Below, in pieces: positions 24,933 to 38,883 of a stretch of DNA of 64,000 nucleotides; positions within the stretch are counted from its first letter, which is position 1; every line of letters starts with the position of its first letter. Below the pieces are notes generated by a model. That model did no database searches and was not told the origin of the DNA. It saw only the letters and a list, made by a program, of their open reading frames with translations. This DNA is from Octopus vulgaris (lineage: Eukaryota), in contig OX597831.1 of assembly GCA_951406725.2 (NCBI GenBank), positions 49,662,001-49,726,000 of the forward strand, given 5' to 3'. Both the position numbers and the translations under genes were made by a program.

Positions 24933-25198
24933 CACTTTCCTCTCATGTGTTTTTCCCTCGCTGCCTGAAGTTACCGTGTCTTTTTCGTAGGCTTTTCTTT
25001 CAAAGGATAAGCCTAATGTGTTTTTTTTTACATCTTTTGCTCTGTTCTATGATATACGATCCCTTTTGATCGCTTGTTTTCTACGTTCACTTTTGATCGA
25101 AATTTTTTCATCCATTTTTTCTATTTTCTTTTGAAAAGAAAAGCTCTACATTGTATTTTGTCCCTTCTGTGTTCGGCCTTGTGTGGCTAATAAAGAAA
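24330..25198 (+). mobile_element. 5'-truncated L1/Tx1-clade LINE (ORF2 end plus 3' UTR)
   Basis: VDEEHLTRLFRTTFGPGPMDNHQRSLVWQ..REALP.RDKLYRHG...ETVLHALVQCP...VAMVKEC.WWTR; T-rich UTR containing (GA)n, ending AATAAAGAAA before (ATCT)n. Confidence 0.8.
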
Positions 25199-25209
25199 GT
25201 TATCCATCC

Positions 25210-25294
<85 letters not shown>

Positions 25295-25709
25295 AATATT
25301 TATCCCTCTGTCTCTAGTTGGATAGCTCTACTTTTATATCTATATCTCTACATATTATCTCTCTTACCTGCCCGCCTGCCTGCTCCTAACCTATATCCCT
25401 TTGAATTTAGACACAACTACACTTATTAATGCTTCGTTGGTTAAGCATATTTGAAAGTTCTTACTGAAAACTTGCCACATGTCCAGTTTGCTATGAGCAC
25501 CGTTACAAGATTGTAACTGTCATTCATAACAAAAATGAGATCCTTCATCGAACTTGTGTACAGCAAACGTCCGTCCTAAAAATAGCATTAATATTTTCAT
25601 AAATCCTTTTCTGACTTCGGTTTCAGTACATTAATATCAAGTATTGATTGCTACACTTCAGTTTTCGCGGAAAGAACTATGTTTAGTGTCTAAGTCATGA
25701 TAAGCGCTG

Positions 25710-26154
25710 TCGTTTCTGTTGTTTATATCTGAGCTTTGATAGGAAAAACATGATTAATGACATTCCAGCCTTGACTATCCTAAAGTATCTACAACTACTT
25801 TATCCCATATGTTTTTACACTTTAATAACAGTAGAGTATGTGATTTGATGGATATTTAATCCTTGCTTCTTGTAGGTCAAGCGATAACGTGAAAAATTTG
25901 TTAGAAATCTATATACTATATTCTATGGAAGTATGAATGAGATACGCCAACGAAAGATCATATGTGTGGTTAATTGACCTGCTAGAATAGCCAAATCTGT
26001 CAGAAATCACATTAAACCGTCTTAAATGAGGAAAGGACACATATTTGATAATGTGGACCGATTTACATTAAAAGGGCGTCGACGTCGCAACTGGAATACC
26101 TTCAATCATGGGTCTGCTCGATCAAATCTGACCAGAGCATAAGCAACAACAACA
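25710..26154. mobile_element. two diverged, oppositely oriented copies of a (CAA)n-tailed retroposon 3' end
   Basis: TTGACCTGCTAGAATAGCCAAATC..AATCACA..CTGGAAT..AATCATG..CAACAACAAC (~25973-26154) and a reverse counterpart at ~25710-25885. Confidence 0.55.
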
Positions 26155-26345
26155 GTGGAAGCGCAATGGCCCAGTGTTTAGGGCAGCTGACTTGCGGTCG
26201 TAAGAACGCGGTTTCGATTCCTAGACCAGGCATTGTGAGTGTTTATTGAGCAAAAACATTTAAGCTCCACGAGGCTCCGGCGGGGGTTGGGTGAACCCCG
26301 CTGTACTCTCTCACCACAACTTTCTCTCACTTTTTCATCCTACTT
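26155..26345 (+). mobile_element. tRNA-derived SINE (15537 family), 3'-truncated
   Basis: Head and body match 15537 and 46690. Confidence 0.8.
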
Positions 26346-26614
26346 CTGCCACAAGGCAGAGGAACCATGGTGTAACCCACTATGGTGTGGTAAACTTTCT
26401 GACCCTACTCTAGATTGCGAATCCTCTGTACCCCAGGATGGTTCAACTCTTCACCCGTTAAAAGCCACCGTTTACAACGTAGCTTTCGCGCCCGTGCAAC
26501 CGCCAGTCTATCGGGTGTGGTGGGTGGATCTTCAAGTTGCCACACGCATTCTTAGTAGCTTAGAGTAGGCTCGAATTAGATTAGTTTTTGTGGCTAATGG
26601 CATGAGTCCTGATT

Positions 26615-26672
26615 GGAAGAAGAAGAAGAAGAAGAAGAAGAAGAAGAAGAAGAAGAAGAAGAAGAAAAGGAA

Positions 26673-26703
<31 letters not shown>

Positions 26704-26719
26704 AAGAAGAAGAAGAAGA
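26615..26719. repeat. (GAA)n microsatellite
   Basis: Directly visible; similar tracts at 33328-33392 (TTC) and 53218-53281 (AAG). Confidence 0.97.
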
Positions 26720-26971
26720 CAATAACAACAAATATGTATGACTCCAAGCGAAAATGAAAATTCAGATAACATTGTTTGTTTAAGATGAGTTATAATTCGA
26801 ACTGAAATGGACGAAATGGTAGAACCTTTAGAGCGTCGTATAAAGTATCTTACGGGAATAAATCCCATAAGAAACACTGCGTTGTAAGTTCAAATCTCAC
26901 TCAGGTCAAATTTGTTTTTCATTCGATTGAGAATTGAAAACCTAGGAACCACTCCATTACTTCGATATTTT

Positions 26972-27200
26972 TCTCTGGATTGTACGGACATATGATCAGT
27001 ATGCCTCAAGAAAGAATCGCAGGGGACGGCGGGGTAGACCAAGAATGTGAGGACCAGATAATATCAATAGACTCGGTTGGTTCAGCTTGGGAATCCAGCC
27101 GTAAATTGTAATGACTGATGTCATTACAATTCCCTATGTAAGTAGTGAAGTAGTGCCTGAAGGCTGTCCCGTGACGACGTCTCGTGGAATAGTGGGCCTA
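26972..27200 (+). mobile_element. RTE-like LINE ORF 3' fragment
   Basis: LYGHMISMPQERI..G.RGRPR motif, typical of the RTE C-terminus. Confidence 0.55.
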
Positions 27201-27562
27201 GAAGTCGGATGTGCTGGTTTTTCAAATGTTCAGTCTTAACACTTATTTAGAATGAAAATTACGTGAAGAATGCACGTTTCTATGGAAATGATTTATTCCA
27301 AGGTCGGGGAATTCATTGAACAGGTCAATTCTCATCGTCGAGACAGGCGGTGAATTAACCACAATTGGTACAAACAAAGAGAAGAATAACAGAACTATTA
27401 ACCCTTTTTTCACAGAATACTAACTTTTGCAAACAAGTAAAGAGTATAGATACATATATTTTACGCAACGTATTATTCATCAGTTGAAGAGTTGAAGGAC
27501 ATTGTAAGATCAATCTCAGTTCAAGTATGTGCTCATGACCAACATGTATGTATATCTATAAT

Positions 27563-27651
<89 letters not shown>

Positions 27652-27660
27652 GCGCGCGCG

Positions 27661-27897
27661 TGTGTGCATATTCTTCGTAACCGCATGCCACATGCTTCTG
27701 GTTTAGTCCCACTGCGTGCGTCTTGGTGTATATGTATATATATACACGCAACGAGCTTCTTTCAGTTTCCGTCTACCGAATCTACTCACAAGTTTCGGGT
27801 CGACCCAGATCTATAATAAAAAGACATACGACCAAGACGCACGCAGTGGGACTAAACCAGAAGCATGTGGCATGCGCTTACGAGGAATATGCACACA
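27661..27897. repeat. SINE 5' portion with 67-bp inverted duplication
   Basis: 27661-27727 is the reverse complement of 27831-27897 with two mismatches. Confidence 0.85.
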
Positions 27898-27917
27898 TAT
27901 ATATATATATATATACA

Positions 27918-28034
27918 CTAGCTGGTATACCCGGTAATTTCCGGGAGTAAAGAGATGCTTATTACTCTGATATAATAATATCTGCTTCAACACACGGTTT
28001 CACACCCAGAATCTTACAAAACGAATTAATAAAC

Positions 28035-28037
<3 letters not shown>
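27918..28037 (-). mobile_element. Helitron 3' end fragment
   Basis: Minus strand ends with hairpin CCCGGAAATTACCGGG, then TATACCAG-CTAG-T. Confidence 0.65.
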
Positions 28038-28105
<68 letters not shown>

Positions 28106-28106
<1 letters not shown>

Positions 28107-28224
28107 TGGCCTGCTCGCTTAGCCAGCGGGGTGGCGTCATTCGAAGGCTAAAACAATGCGAACGCATTGTGACCAGCGATGTGTAACTACATCTGATGGA
28201 CTGGTCGGTCACGTGATGATGATG

Positions 28225-28230
<6 letters not shown>
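28106..28230 (+). mobile_element. ~120-bp (TA)n-flanked interspersed repeat, copy 2
   Basis: Matches 14170-14290. Confidence 0.8.
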
Positions 28231-28276
<46 letters not shown>

Positions 28277-28883
28277 TAAAATAGAAGTAAGGACCTAAAT
28301 TCTTCAAACAGGTATTAAACATCCAAAGTTGTTTCCAAGCCTAATTAATTCAAAATAAAACGAAATTTAACACTTTTGAAGTCACAAATTAGGTTTTTCC
28401 TTGGGAATTCATTATTCGAATGAATGAGTACTACCAACAAATAAAAAGACATATAAAATAGCCCAGAAAGAAGGAAACAATTAAATTATGATAAAAAGAA
28501 ATTAACCGAATTCCAGACCGATCAAAAACAGAAAAATATATAAGTACACTTCACTGTTAATTCAAATGACAATTTCCAATGTAACGACATTTGCAATAAC
28601 CGTCTATACAAAACAAAATAGACAATGAACCTACAGAGAAGTTAACGAAAAAATAAACTATAAACTGTTAAGTATTATTGAGTTAACTAATTAAAAAAAT
28701 AAAAACCAATATATTATCCGCTAGAACATATTCAATACAATAATTGAAAGTTGGTTTTAAATGAGAGGGACACGGCATATTTACAAATGATTAGAATATA
28801 ATTGCAGAAAAATTTCTTTCAATTCAAGATACCAGATAAACCTAAATTAAAAATCTAAAATTTAAAACAAATTAAAAAAAAAA

Positions 28884-29195
28884 CCTGCTCGCGAAATTAA
28901 CGCGCAAGTGGCTGAGCACTCCAGGGATACGTGTACACGTTACGTAGTTTTCGGGGAGATTCAGCGTGACACAGGGTATGACAAGGCTGGCCCTTTGAAA
29001 TACAGGTACAACAGTAACAGGAAGAAAGAGTGAGAGTAAGTTGTGGTGAAAGAGTACAGCAGGGTTCGCCGGACCGTCGTGGAGTTTCCTGTGCTTTCAC
29101 TCAATAAACACTCACAACGCCCGGTCTGGGTATCGAAATTGCGATCCTACGACCGCAAGTCGGCTGACCGAACCACTGGGCCATTGCGCCTTCAC
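28884..29195 (-). mobile_element. tRNA-derived SINE (15537 family)
   Basis: Reverse complement of the 15537 head, body and tail. Confidence 0.85.
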
Positions 29196-29289
29196 ATACA
29201 CACACACACACACACATATATATATGCATATATATATACATATATGTATGTATATATATACACACATACATTTGCACATATATGTATAC

Positions 29290-29352
<63 letters not shown>

Positions 29353-29634
29353 CAACAATTGAGGGTAAAATTAATTAATTATTAATCAATTTCACCAAGT
29401 GTTCAGTATGCAAAGGGACCATTTAAGGCGAATTCAAACTATTACATTATATAAAAGGGCTTAGTAAAATAAATTACTTTGCCGCATACTGAACTCATTA
29501 GAAATAGCAGCTAAAAAACTTTTTTAAAGCTATTTCTAATACTTAAAGAAAATCTCTCTCTTATAGTGTTTGCTTAATTCAACTCACAAAAGTTTGGGGG
29601 TAAGGACATCAAAAAATCAAATGCTAAGGTTATT

Positions 29635-29686
29635 TGAGAACGTACGTTTCAAGATTAGTCAAAACGACACTTCTATCATCAGCTCA
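29635..29686 (-). ncRNA. type I hammerhead ribozyme
   Basis: Minus strand TGAG-CTGATGA-TAGA..GTC/GAC..TCTT-GAAACGTACGTT-CTCA. Confidence 0.72.
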
Positions 29687-30515
29687 GAAACTCCTTGGTT
29701 TGGATTTGGAAACACTGAAAGTAAGAACATACCCTTTCGGCTTCTCATCGCTTTCGAAGATCTGCTCATAACTAACAGTGCCAACAAACTCAAATAAGCA
29801 AGCGAAGAATTTCTGTTCTCCCCTTTCCACCAGCGTGGGTTAAAATCATCAAACACTATGCTTATTTCGGTAAAATCCGAAGCATTAATTAGAGGGAGAT
29901 TAATTATAATTTCAACAATTGAGGGTAAAATTAATTAATTATTAATCAATTTCACCAAGTGTTCAGTATGCAAAGGGACCATTTAAGGCGAATTCAAATT
30001 ATTACATTATATAAAAGGGCTTAGTAAAATAAATTACTTTGCCGCATACTGAACTCATTAGAAATAGCAGCTAAAAAACTTTTTTAAAGCTATTTCTAAT
30101 ACTTAAAGAAAATCTCTCTCTTATAGTGTTTGCTTAATTCAACTCACAAAAGTTTGGGGGTAAGGACATCAAAAAATCAAAGCCCTTTTATATAATGTAA
30201 TAATTTGAATTCGCCTTAAATGGTCCCTTTGCATACTGAACACTTGGTGAAATTGATTAATAATTAATTAATTTTACCCTCAATTGTTGAAATTATAATT
30301 AATCTCCCTCTAATTAATGCTTCGGATTTTACCGAAATAAGCATAGTGTTTGATGATTTTAACCCACGCTGGTGGAAAGGGGAGAACAGAAATTCTTCGC
30401 TTGCTTATTTGAGTTTGTTGGCACTGTTAGTTATGAGCAGATCTTCGAAAGCGATGAGAAGCCGAAAGGGTATGTTCTTACTTTCAGTGTTTCCAAATCC
30501 AAACCAAGGAGTTTC

Positions 30516-30567
30516 TGAGCTGATGATAGAAGTGTCGTTTTGACTAATCTTGAAACGTACGTTCTCA
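30516..30567 (+). ncRNA. type I hammerhead ribozyme (inverted copy)
   Basis: Same motif on the plus strand; CTGATGA 30520-26, GAAA 30552-55. Confidence 0.72.
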
Positions 30568-30767
30568 AATAACCTTAGCATTTGATTTTTTGATGTCCTT
30601 ACCCCCAAACTTTTGTGAGTTGAATTAAGCAAACACTATAAGAGAGAGATTTTCTTTAAGTATTAGAAATAGCTTTAAAAAAGTTTTTTAGCTGCTATTT
30701 CTAATGAGTTCAGTATGCGGCAAAGTAATTTATTTTACTAAGCCCTTTTATATAATGTAATAATTTA

Positions 30768-30800
<33 letters not shown>

Positions 30801-30820
30801 GTATATATATATACACATAC

Positions 30821-30886
<66 letters not shown>

Positions 30887-31049
30887 ATGTATGTATACAT
30901 GTATCTATGTATGTATATGTTCATGTGAAAAATAGATGGAAAACACTATAGTAAAAGTAAATTACTGGTACCTGTGTTATTCATCTGCCCCCATTCGATT
31001 GTTGCCTTGAGAAACATACATACACACGGAGCTACATATACATACATAG

Positions 31050-31102
<53 letters not shown>

Positions 31103-31124
31103 TGACTGTGTGTGTGTGTGTGGG

Positions 31125-31415
31125 GGGGCTATCACGCGATTGACAATTGTATAGGTTGCTGTTATATCCTGCGGGTGACAATGAGTATTCCTTCAGTTTA
31201 GCGTTCGAATGATGGCTAGGTGTGAAGGCCAACTTTGCTCCTCATGGGAAGGCTACTCCATCGCTGGGTTACCCATTTACAACTGAGGAGAATGGAGCAA
31301 AAATGAAATGAAGTGTTTTGCTCAAGAACACAACGCACCGCTGGTCCAGGCATCGAAATCACGATCTCACAAAGGTAAGTGCAACACACCTAACCCCTAA
31401 GCCACAACGTCATAA
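31125..31415 (-). mobile_element. degraded tRNA-derived SINE
   Basis: AAATGAAGTGTTTTGCTCAAGAACACAACGC..ATCGAAATCACGATC..CCTAACC is the reverse of the 37796-type head and body. Confidence 0.65.
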
Positions 31416-31586
31416 TGGCGCGAGACTGTCTAATACCATCTGGTTGAAAACTGATGGGAACTTTAGTGACCGTCTCTTTCTATTTTCCGTCCGTTTGTGC
31501 ACTGAATATAGGGTTTTCCTGTTCGTCTGTGCATTTTTTATCTTGCCATTCTGTGACCGTTTTCCGTTTCTGCATTTACAATACAT

Positions 31587-31639
<53 letters not shown>

Positions 31640-31649
31640 TATGTGTGTA

Positions 31650-31840
31650 TCGTTGGCGATTTTCTTTCTCCGTCTTCCCTTCCTTAGACCTTTCTTTTTT
31701 TCTATGTTTCTGACGAAGAGCTCCGCTCAAAACGTTAAATCCTCCTTGTTTCTTTCCTTTCCTGAGCATCCAATAACACTATACTTGTTCAACGCCCTCG
31801 CGTTGTTATGTTTTCTCTTTTTTCATGCTTGGATTAACTA
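31650..31840 (+). mobile_element. short hammerhead-bearing PLE-like fragment (G12A-type lesion)
   Basis: GTTT-CTGACGA-A-GAGC-TCC-GCTC-AAAAC-GTT-AAAT at 31706-31740; ends TGGATTAAC(TA)n like the copy at 45900. Confidence 0.7.
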
Positions 31841-31845
31841 TATAT

Positions 31846-32251
31846 ACTCTTTTACTCTTTTACATGTTTCAGTCATTTGACTGCGGCCATGCTGGAGCAC
31901 CGCCTTTAATCGAGCAACTCGACCCCGGGACTTATTCTTTTGTAAGCCCAGTACTTATTCTATTGGTCTCTTTTGCCAAACCGATAAGTAACGGGGACAT
32001 AAACACACCAGCATCGGTTGTCAAGCAATGCTAGGGGGACAAACACAGACACACAAACACACACAAGCATATACATATATATATACATATATACTACGGG
32101 CTTCTTTCAGTTTCCGTCTACCAAATCCACTCACAAGGCTTTGGTCGGCCCGAGGCTATAGTAGAAGACACTTGTCCAAGGTGCCACGCAGTGGGACTGA
32201 ACCCGGAACCATGTGGTTGGTAAACAAGCTACATACCACACAGCAACTCCT
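31846..32251 (-). mobile_element. near full-length microsatellite-containing tRNA SINE
   Basis: Close reverse complement of 58345-58745. Confidence 0.9.
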
Positions 32252-32683
32252 ATGTGTGTGTGTGTGTATAATCATTTGATTTCGTTTACGGGAGACGTTT
32301 TGTATATGCATATTAAAAGCTCCTATTCTATAATGCCAGCAACACTCTAACGAAGCAAACTGGCGATAGCAGTTTTGGGCCGATATAATGTAGGATAAAA
32401 ATAGTAATAACAATGATAATATTTTAAGAGAATTTATTAATATTTTCATTATTTTTTTCGTCCGAAGAAATGAATGCATAAACATGATCTACCCGATGTC
32501 CATGGATACCACGGACTGCACTGCATTCAGGAATACGGACTATGATCTAAAAAAACATGCAATTTGTGGAAACGTGCGTAGCGATGCATTAAAATATTTA
32601 CAAATTCCATCCATGATTTTTATTGTTATTATATGTATGTGTATGTATGTATACATATATGAATATATATATGTGTGTGTATA

Positions 32684-32733
<50 letters not shown>

Positions 32734-34139
32734 AACACACTAGTATATATAAGTGTGTGTATATATATATAAATATACAAGTGTGTTTATACTATGAAGA
32801 CATAATTAGATACGTTTCTCGAACTTAAAAATAATTAAATAAAATACATAAGATGAATTAAAACAAATAACAAAAAAACGTGTATAGTATAAAAAATTAC
32901 CGCGATCGTAAAGCACAAAACCTCATTCATATGACATCAAAAGCAAATAGAACGAAAAAGGAAAGAAAAAGAAAGAAAGAAAACGGTGAAGAAAAATAAA
33001 GAATAAAGAAAATTGATTTAGCGTCTCCGCTTCAAATGAAACACCAATTATCATTTTAGAAACCATTCCTCATTTTCCTTAATTGCTGCTTCACTCACAA
33101 CATCGTTACTTGATTATTATTGTTGTTGTTGTTGTTGTTATTGCTGTTGCTGCAATTGTTGTTGTTGTTGTTGCTACTGCTGCTGGCTTTGTTGTGTTTA
33201 GAAGGTAGGAGTATAGAAAGAGATTTTATATTTCCATTTATTTTTTAAGAAAGTATATACGTCTCTGCAATAGGCTTTGGTGAGCTTCAATCTTAATGAA
33301 ATGACAGTGTGTTTTTGAAATAGAATCTTTCTTCTTCTTCTTCTTCTTCTTCTTCTTCTTCTTCTTCTTCTTCTTCTTCTTCTTCTTCTTCTCCTACGCT
33401 ATCATTATTAACGTTCGTTAAATAGATTTCAAGTAGGCATTTGCGTTGAAGTTATACTTTCTTTAAAAAATCAGCTATTAAAGTACATCTAAAGCAACTT
33501 TACCTGTATCAAGAAAATAGAAAAATACAAAAGCAGAAGACGAGACTTTAGAGATTGAACCTATCCTTCTGTCATACACGATGAATATGCTACACATTGT
33601 TAGGGAAAGTCATAGTGACAGTCTAATTACAATTAACAAAAGTTCGGTGCTTTTAGCATTCGTACTAAAGGAAAAACGCGAGTGTAAATAGTCGAGATAA
33701 TAAGTAAGCGATTAACATATTGATAAGTTCGTTGTTCGAATCCTGTCAACAGCAGTGCGATTTCTTTTTTCATATATATTTTCGCAGATATATTCTTTTA
33801 CTCTCTTACTCCGGTCAGCCGTGCGGCTGCGGTCATGCTGGAGCACCACCGTGGTCTTTTTGATTTTGATTTCTCATCCGCGGTCTTTGTGATTTTGTTT
33901 CTCATCCCCGCTCCTGCATGTTCCTTTGTCCCAATTGTCGATCCATTTATATGTATATATAAAAGTACAAAGTGAGATAGGGGTTATGAGTGTAACCCAC
34001 TATGGGATATCATTCATCCAATATACTGCCAGTGAAGTACCCAAAAGGCTAATAAATAAATGCTTACAATTGCAATGCAATTAGTTCATTTATTGTATTA
34101 TATGGGCGAAGGTAAAATGCTTTAGCTCATTATATATAT

Positions 34140-34515
34140 ATGCTCCCACTTTCAGTGTTTTCAAATCCAAACCAAGGAGTTCTGAGCTGAAGAAAGAAAT
34201 GTCGAGTTGACTAATCTAGAAACGTACGTTCTCAAATAACCTTTGCATTTGATTTTTTAATGTCTTTACCCCCATACTTTCGTGAGTTGAACTGAGCAAA
34301 CACTATATGAGAGAGATTTTCTTTAAGTATTAGAAATAGTTTTAAAAAGTTTTTTAGCTACTATTTCTAATGAGTTCAGTATGTGGCAAAGTAATTTATT
34401 TTACTAAGCCCTTTTATATAATGTAATAATTTGAATTCGCCTTAAATGGTCCCTTTGCATACTGAATACTTGGTGAAATTGATTAATAATTAATTAATTT
34501 TACCCTCAATTGTTG

Positions 34516-34520
<5 letters not shown>
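34140..34520 (+). mobile_element. truncated monomer of the ~560-bp hammerhead family
   Basis: Homologous to the 12848 and 29351 units; ends TTGAAATT(AT)n. Confidence 0.88.
34183..34234 (+). ncRNA. type I hammerhead ribozyme
   Basis: TGAG-CTGAAGA-AAGA..GTCG/TGAC..TCTA-GAAACGTACGTT-CTCA. Confidence 0.72.
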
Positions 34521-34601
<81 letters not shown>

Positions 34602-34899
34602 TTAGAGGTAGGTATTCTCTGTATAGAATACACTTCGGAATGCTCCTGAGATTTGACCTTGAGCAGGTAGAGGAGTAAATATAATAACGTGCAAGTTAGA
34701 CAAGTCGATATACAGATAATATCAAATACATTTATTACAAAAAAAAAATGTACATTGGTATGCATTTTTAAGCTCCATTCTTTCAACACCTGAATTGTAA
34801 AATTCTTTCCTGGAGACGAAAGCTGGTGGTATCCGATGATGGAATCAAGTTAGAATCATTATTTTGCACCACCAAGCCCCCCGAAACAGCTGTTGGACA

Positions 34900-35900
34900 T
34901 TCCGCAATTACCACTACTATCTTAAACAAGAAAAATACGCAGGGTAATGTAGGATTAAATATAGACACATAAGCGAAGGTCATGACTAAAATATCTTCAG
35001 TCTGCAGTACGATAAGTTTAAACATTAACAGTAACAAATGTCTACATTGACTTTAAACAAGAATAATAGCAATAAAAGTAGGAAACTTAAGCGGAAGTGA
35101 ATAGGGTGTATGAAGCCCAGATTGAAAGGACTGAAGAATAGACACCTTTCAGCTTCTTAGTTCAGAAGGTACTTTTTACTTTTAATTTCGTGATTTGAAG
35201 AACTATAAAAGAATTGTTAAATTGATAAGTTTCTGTTAACCAGCACAGACACATGAATTCCAAAATTGTAGTCATTTTATAGGACAATGACCTTGAACTG
35301 AAGTCCTGTGGTGTCTACGCTCCCGTTAAATGCACAGGGGAAAACGGCTATGGAATTTGCCGCCAGCTCATATGAATGTTATTCGAGTTATTGCACATGT
35401 GTTGGAGCTCATGTTCTGTTAGGTGACAGCGTTTTGTCATAACCATTTATCCTCTGGAATTTGGCCTTCGCCATAACAGTAGGATAGAGCATTAAGTGAT
35501 TTGGGTGGCCCGACGATAAATTTAGAACATGCTCCGCTTAAATTAACTAGGAACGTAACTGACGATGGGCAACGAATGTGAAAATATGGTGAAGATCAGA
35601 AGTTATGTTGACATCCTGTATTTAAATATCGAAAATCCTAATACAATCTCTGTTATTATGAGACTGGAGATGCTTCTTGAGTAAAAGTTACAAACTATTG
35701 TAAATATTCTGAAGTTAGCGAAAAATGCTTACAAATTCAATCTGGTCGCAGCTGCAGCAAAATTTAGCTCCAGTTTCTGGTGAAAAATAGCTTTCAAAAT
35801 TAGTCATTTTCCCGAATCATTTAAGTATTAGATTAAAAGACGTTTCTTCATGACACTTTATAAAACAACTATGTAAACGAAATGTCACATTACTGTAAAT
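34900..35900 (+). mobile_element. probable hAT transposase remnant
   Basis: IAHVLEL (~35389-35410) resembles the hAT CxxH..EL motif; NILKLAK (~35703) sits where the dimerisation domain would; heavily broken. Confidence 0.4.
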
Positions 35901-36152
35901 GATGACAAACTTTAGGCAGAAAGCTAAAATTGCATTTGACTATACTTCTTTACTTGATAAGAGTATCTCAAATTCATGTGCGGCAGTATATATATTAAGA
36001 TACATATTGAAAAGGAAGAATGACGTTCAGCATATCACGAAAAGAAATCCGTCTATTTATAGATTGGAATATATCTCTGTCTGGTTTTGTAACAATTCCG
36101 CAGTGAGTTTGAAAAGATCGATTTCTCATAAGCAAAAACCCGAAAAACTCAA

Positions 36153-36215
<63 letters not shown>

Positions 36216-36455
36216 CATACATATACATATATGTATACACGTATACATATATGTATATATATATACATACATATATAAACATATATAGATATATGTATAT
36301 GTACGCGTATATATACTTATATATATAATACATATATATATATATACATATATACATATATATGCATATATATACATATACACATGTACATATATATGTA
36401 TATATATGTGTGCATATATATGTATATATACATATATCTGTACATATATACATAT

Positions 36456-36520
<65 letters not shown>

Positions 36521-37384
36521 TATTTATATACGAGATATACTTCGAAGATAAAAATACAGAATGTATTGTTGCTTCTGCACAAGTAAATCTTCCATTCTGT
36601 TAGTGCACTCCTGTCAATAAATTGCTAGTGTTTTCCTTTTAACAAAACTGTTTTACTTCACGCTTAACTTCGTCAGAAAAGATTGCATAAGAAATAAAGT
36701 GATTTAGAAAGTGTCAATTATATCATACCTGTCCTCTGAAGGCAAAGATCGTTGGTTGCGTATCAAGGAATATTCAATAAACTCGCTTTCTATTGTACTA
36801 TACGTACACAGCAAAAATGTTTGAAAAAGCACTTCAACTGAAATGAGGATTTGCATCTATGGGTGCAGTCATTGCTGTGATGTAAATCTGTTCGTTCCCT
36901 AACACGTATTTCTGGGATCGTTTCAGACTAATGTGTTCTTGTATAATGTCAAGTTGACCAGTAACTTGGAAGTGAAATTTCTTAAATGGAATCTGTACTA
37001 GAATCCATTTTATACATTCGCACATATGCATATACACACGCATGTATGTTTGAATATATGCATGCATGTATGTATGTATGTATGTATGTATGTATGTATG
37101 TATGTATGTATGTATGTATGTATGTATGTATGTATGTATGTATGTATGTATGTATGTATGTATGTATGTATGTATTTCTGTCTGTATGTATGTATGTATG
37201 AAGGAGTGAATGCATGTATGGTGCAAAAATGGACACACGAATACGAAGTAAAAAACAAATAAGCAAAAGTCTTTTATGTTTCGAGTATATGCTCCTCTAC
37301 GGAAGCAATATACGGAGAGCGAAAAAACATATAAAAAAGAACAAACGTGTTCAAATTGAAGGTGACCATATACTGAAATGTATG

Positions 37385-37418
<34 letters not shown>

Positions 37419-37476
37419 TGTATGTATGTATGTATGTATGTATGTATGTATGTATGTATGTACGTACGTACGTATG

Positions 37477-38257
<781 letters not shown>

Positions 38258-38370
38258 GTGTCATACATGTACACATACATGTATATGCGCATACATGCAT
38301 AAATACACTCAGACATACATAAACAAATACATACATCCCTACATTCATACATACGTGCAAACACACATAT

Positions 38371-38883
<513 letters not shown>

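Larger units (their letters stand above)
29351..30766. mobile_element. hammerhead repeat family: 1.5 units (560 bp) on the minus strand joined to 1.05 inverted units on the plus strand
   Basis: TTCAACAATTGAGGGT at 29351 and 29911; 30181-30766 is the reverse complement of ~29436-30021; homologous to the 12848 unit; (TA)n on both sides. Confidence 0.9.

Noticed and set aside
29570-30632. Duplicated 75-aa and 65-aa ORFs in the inverted repeat
   Set aside because: Identical only because of the inversion; homologous units at 12848 and 34140 have indels and stops, and I see no domain motif.
36636-36681. Minus-strand CTGACGA with a 5-bp stem I
   Set aside because: No GAAA and no credible stem II; could be a remnant but cannot be distinguished from chance.
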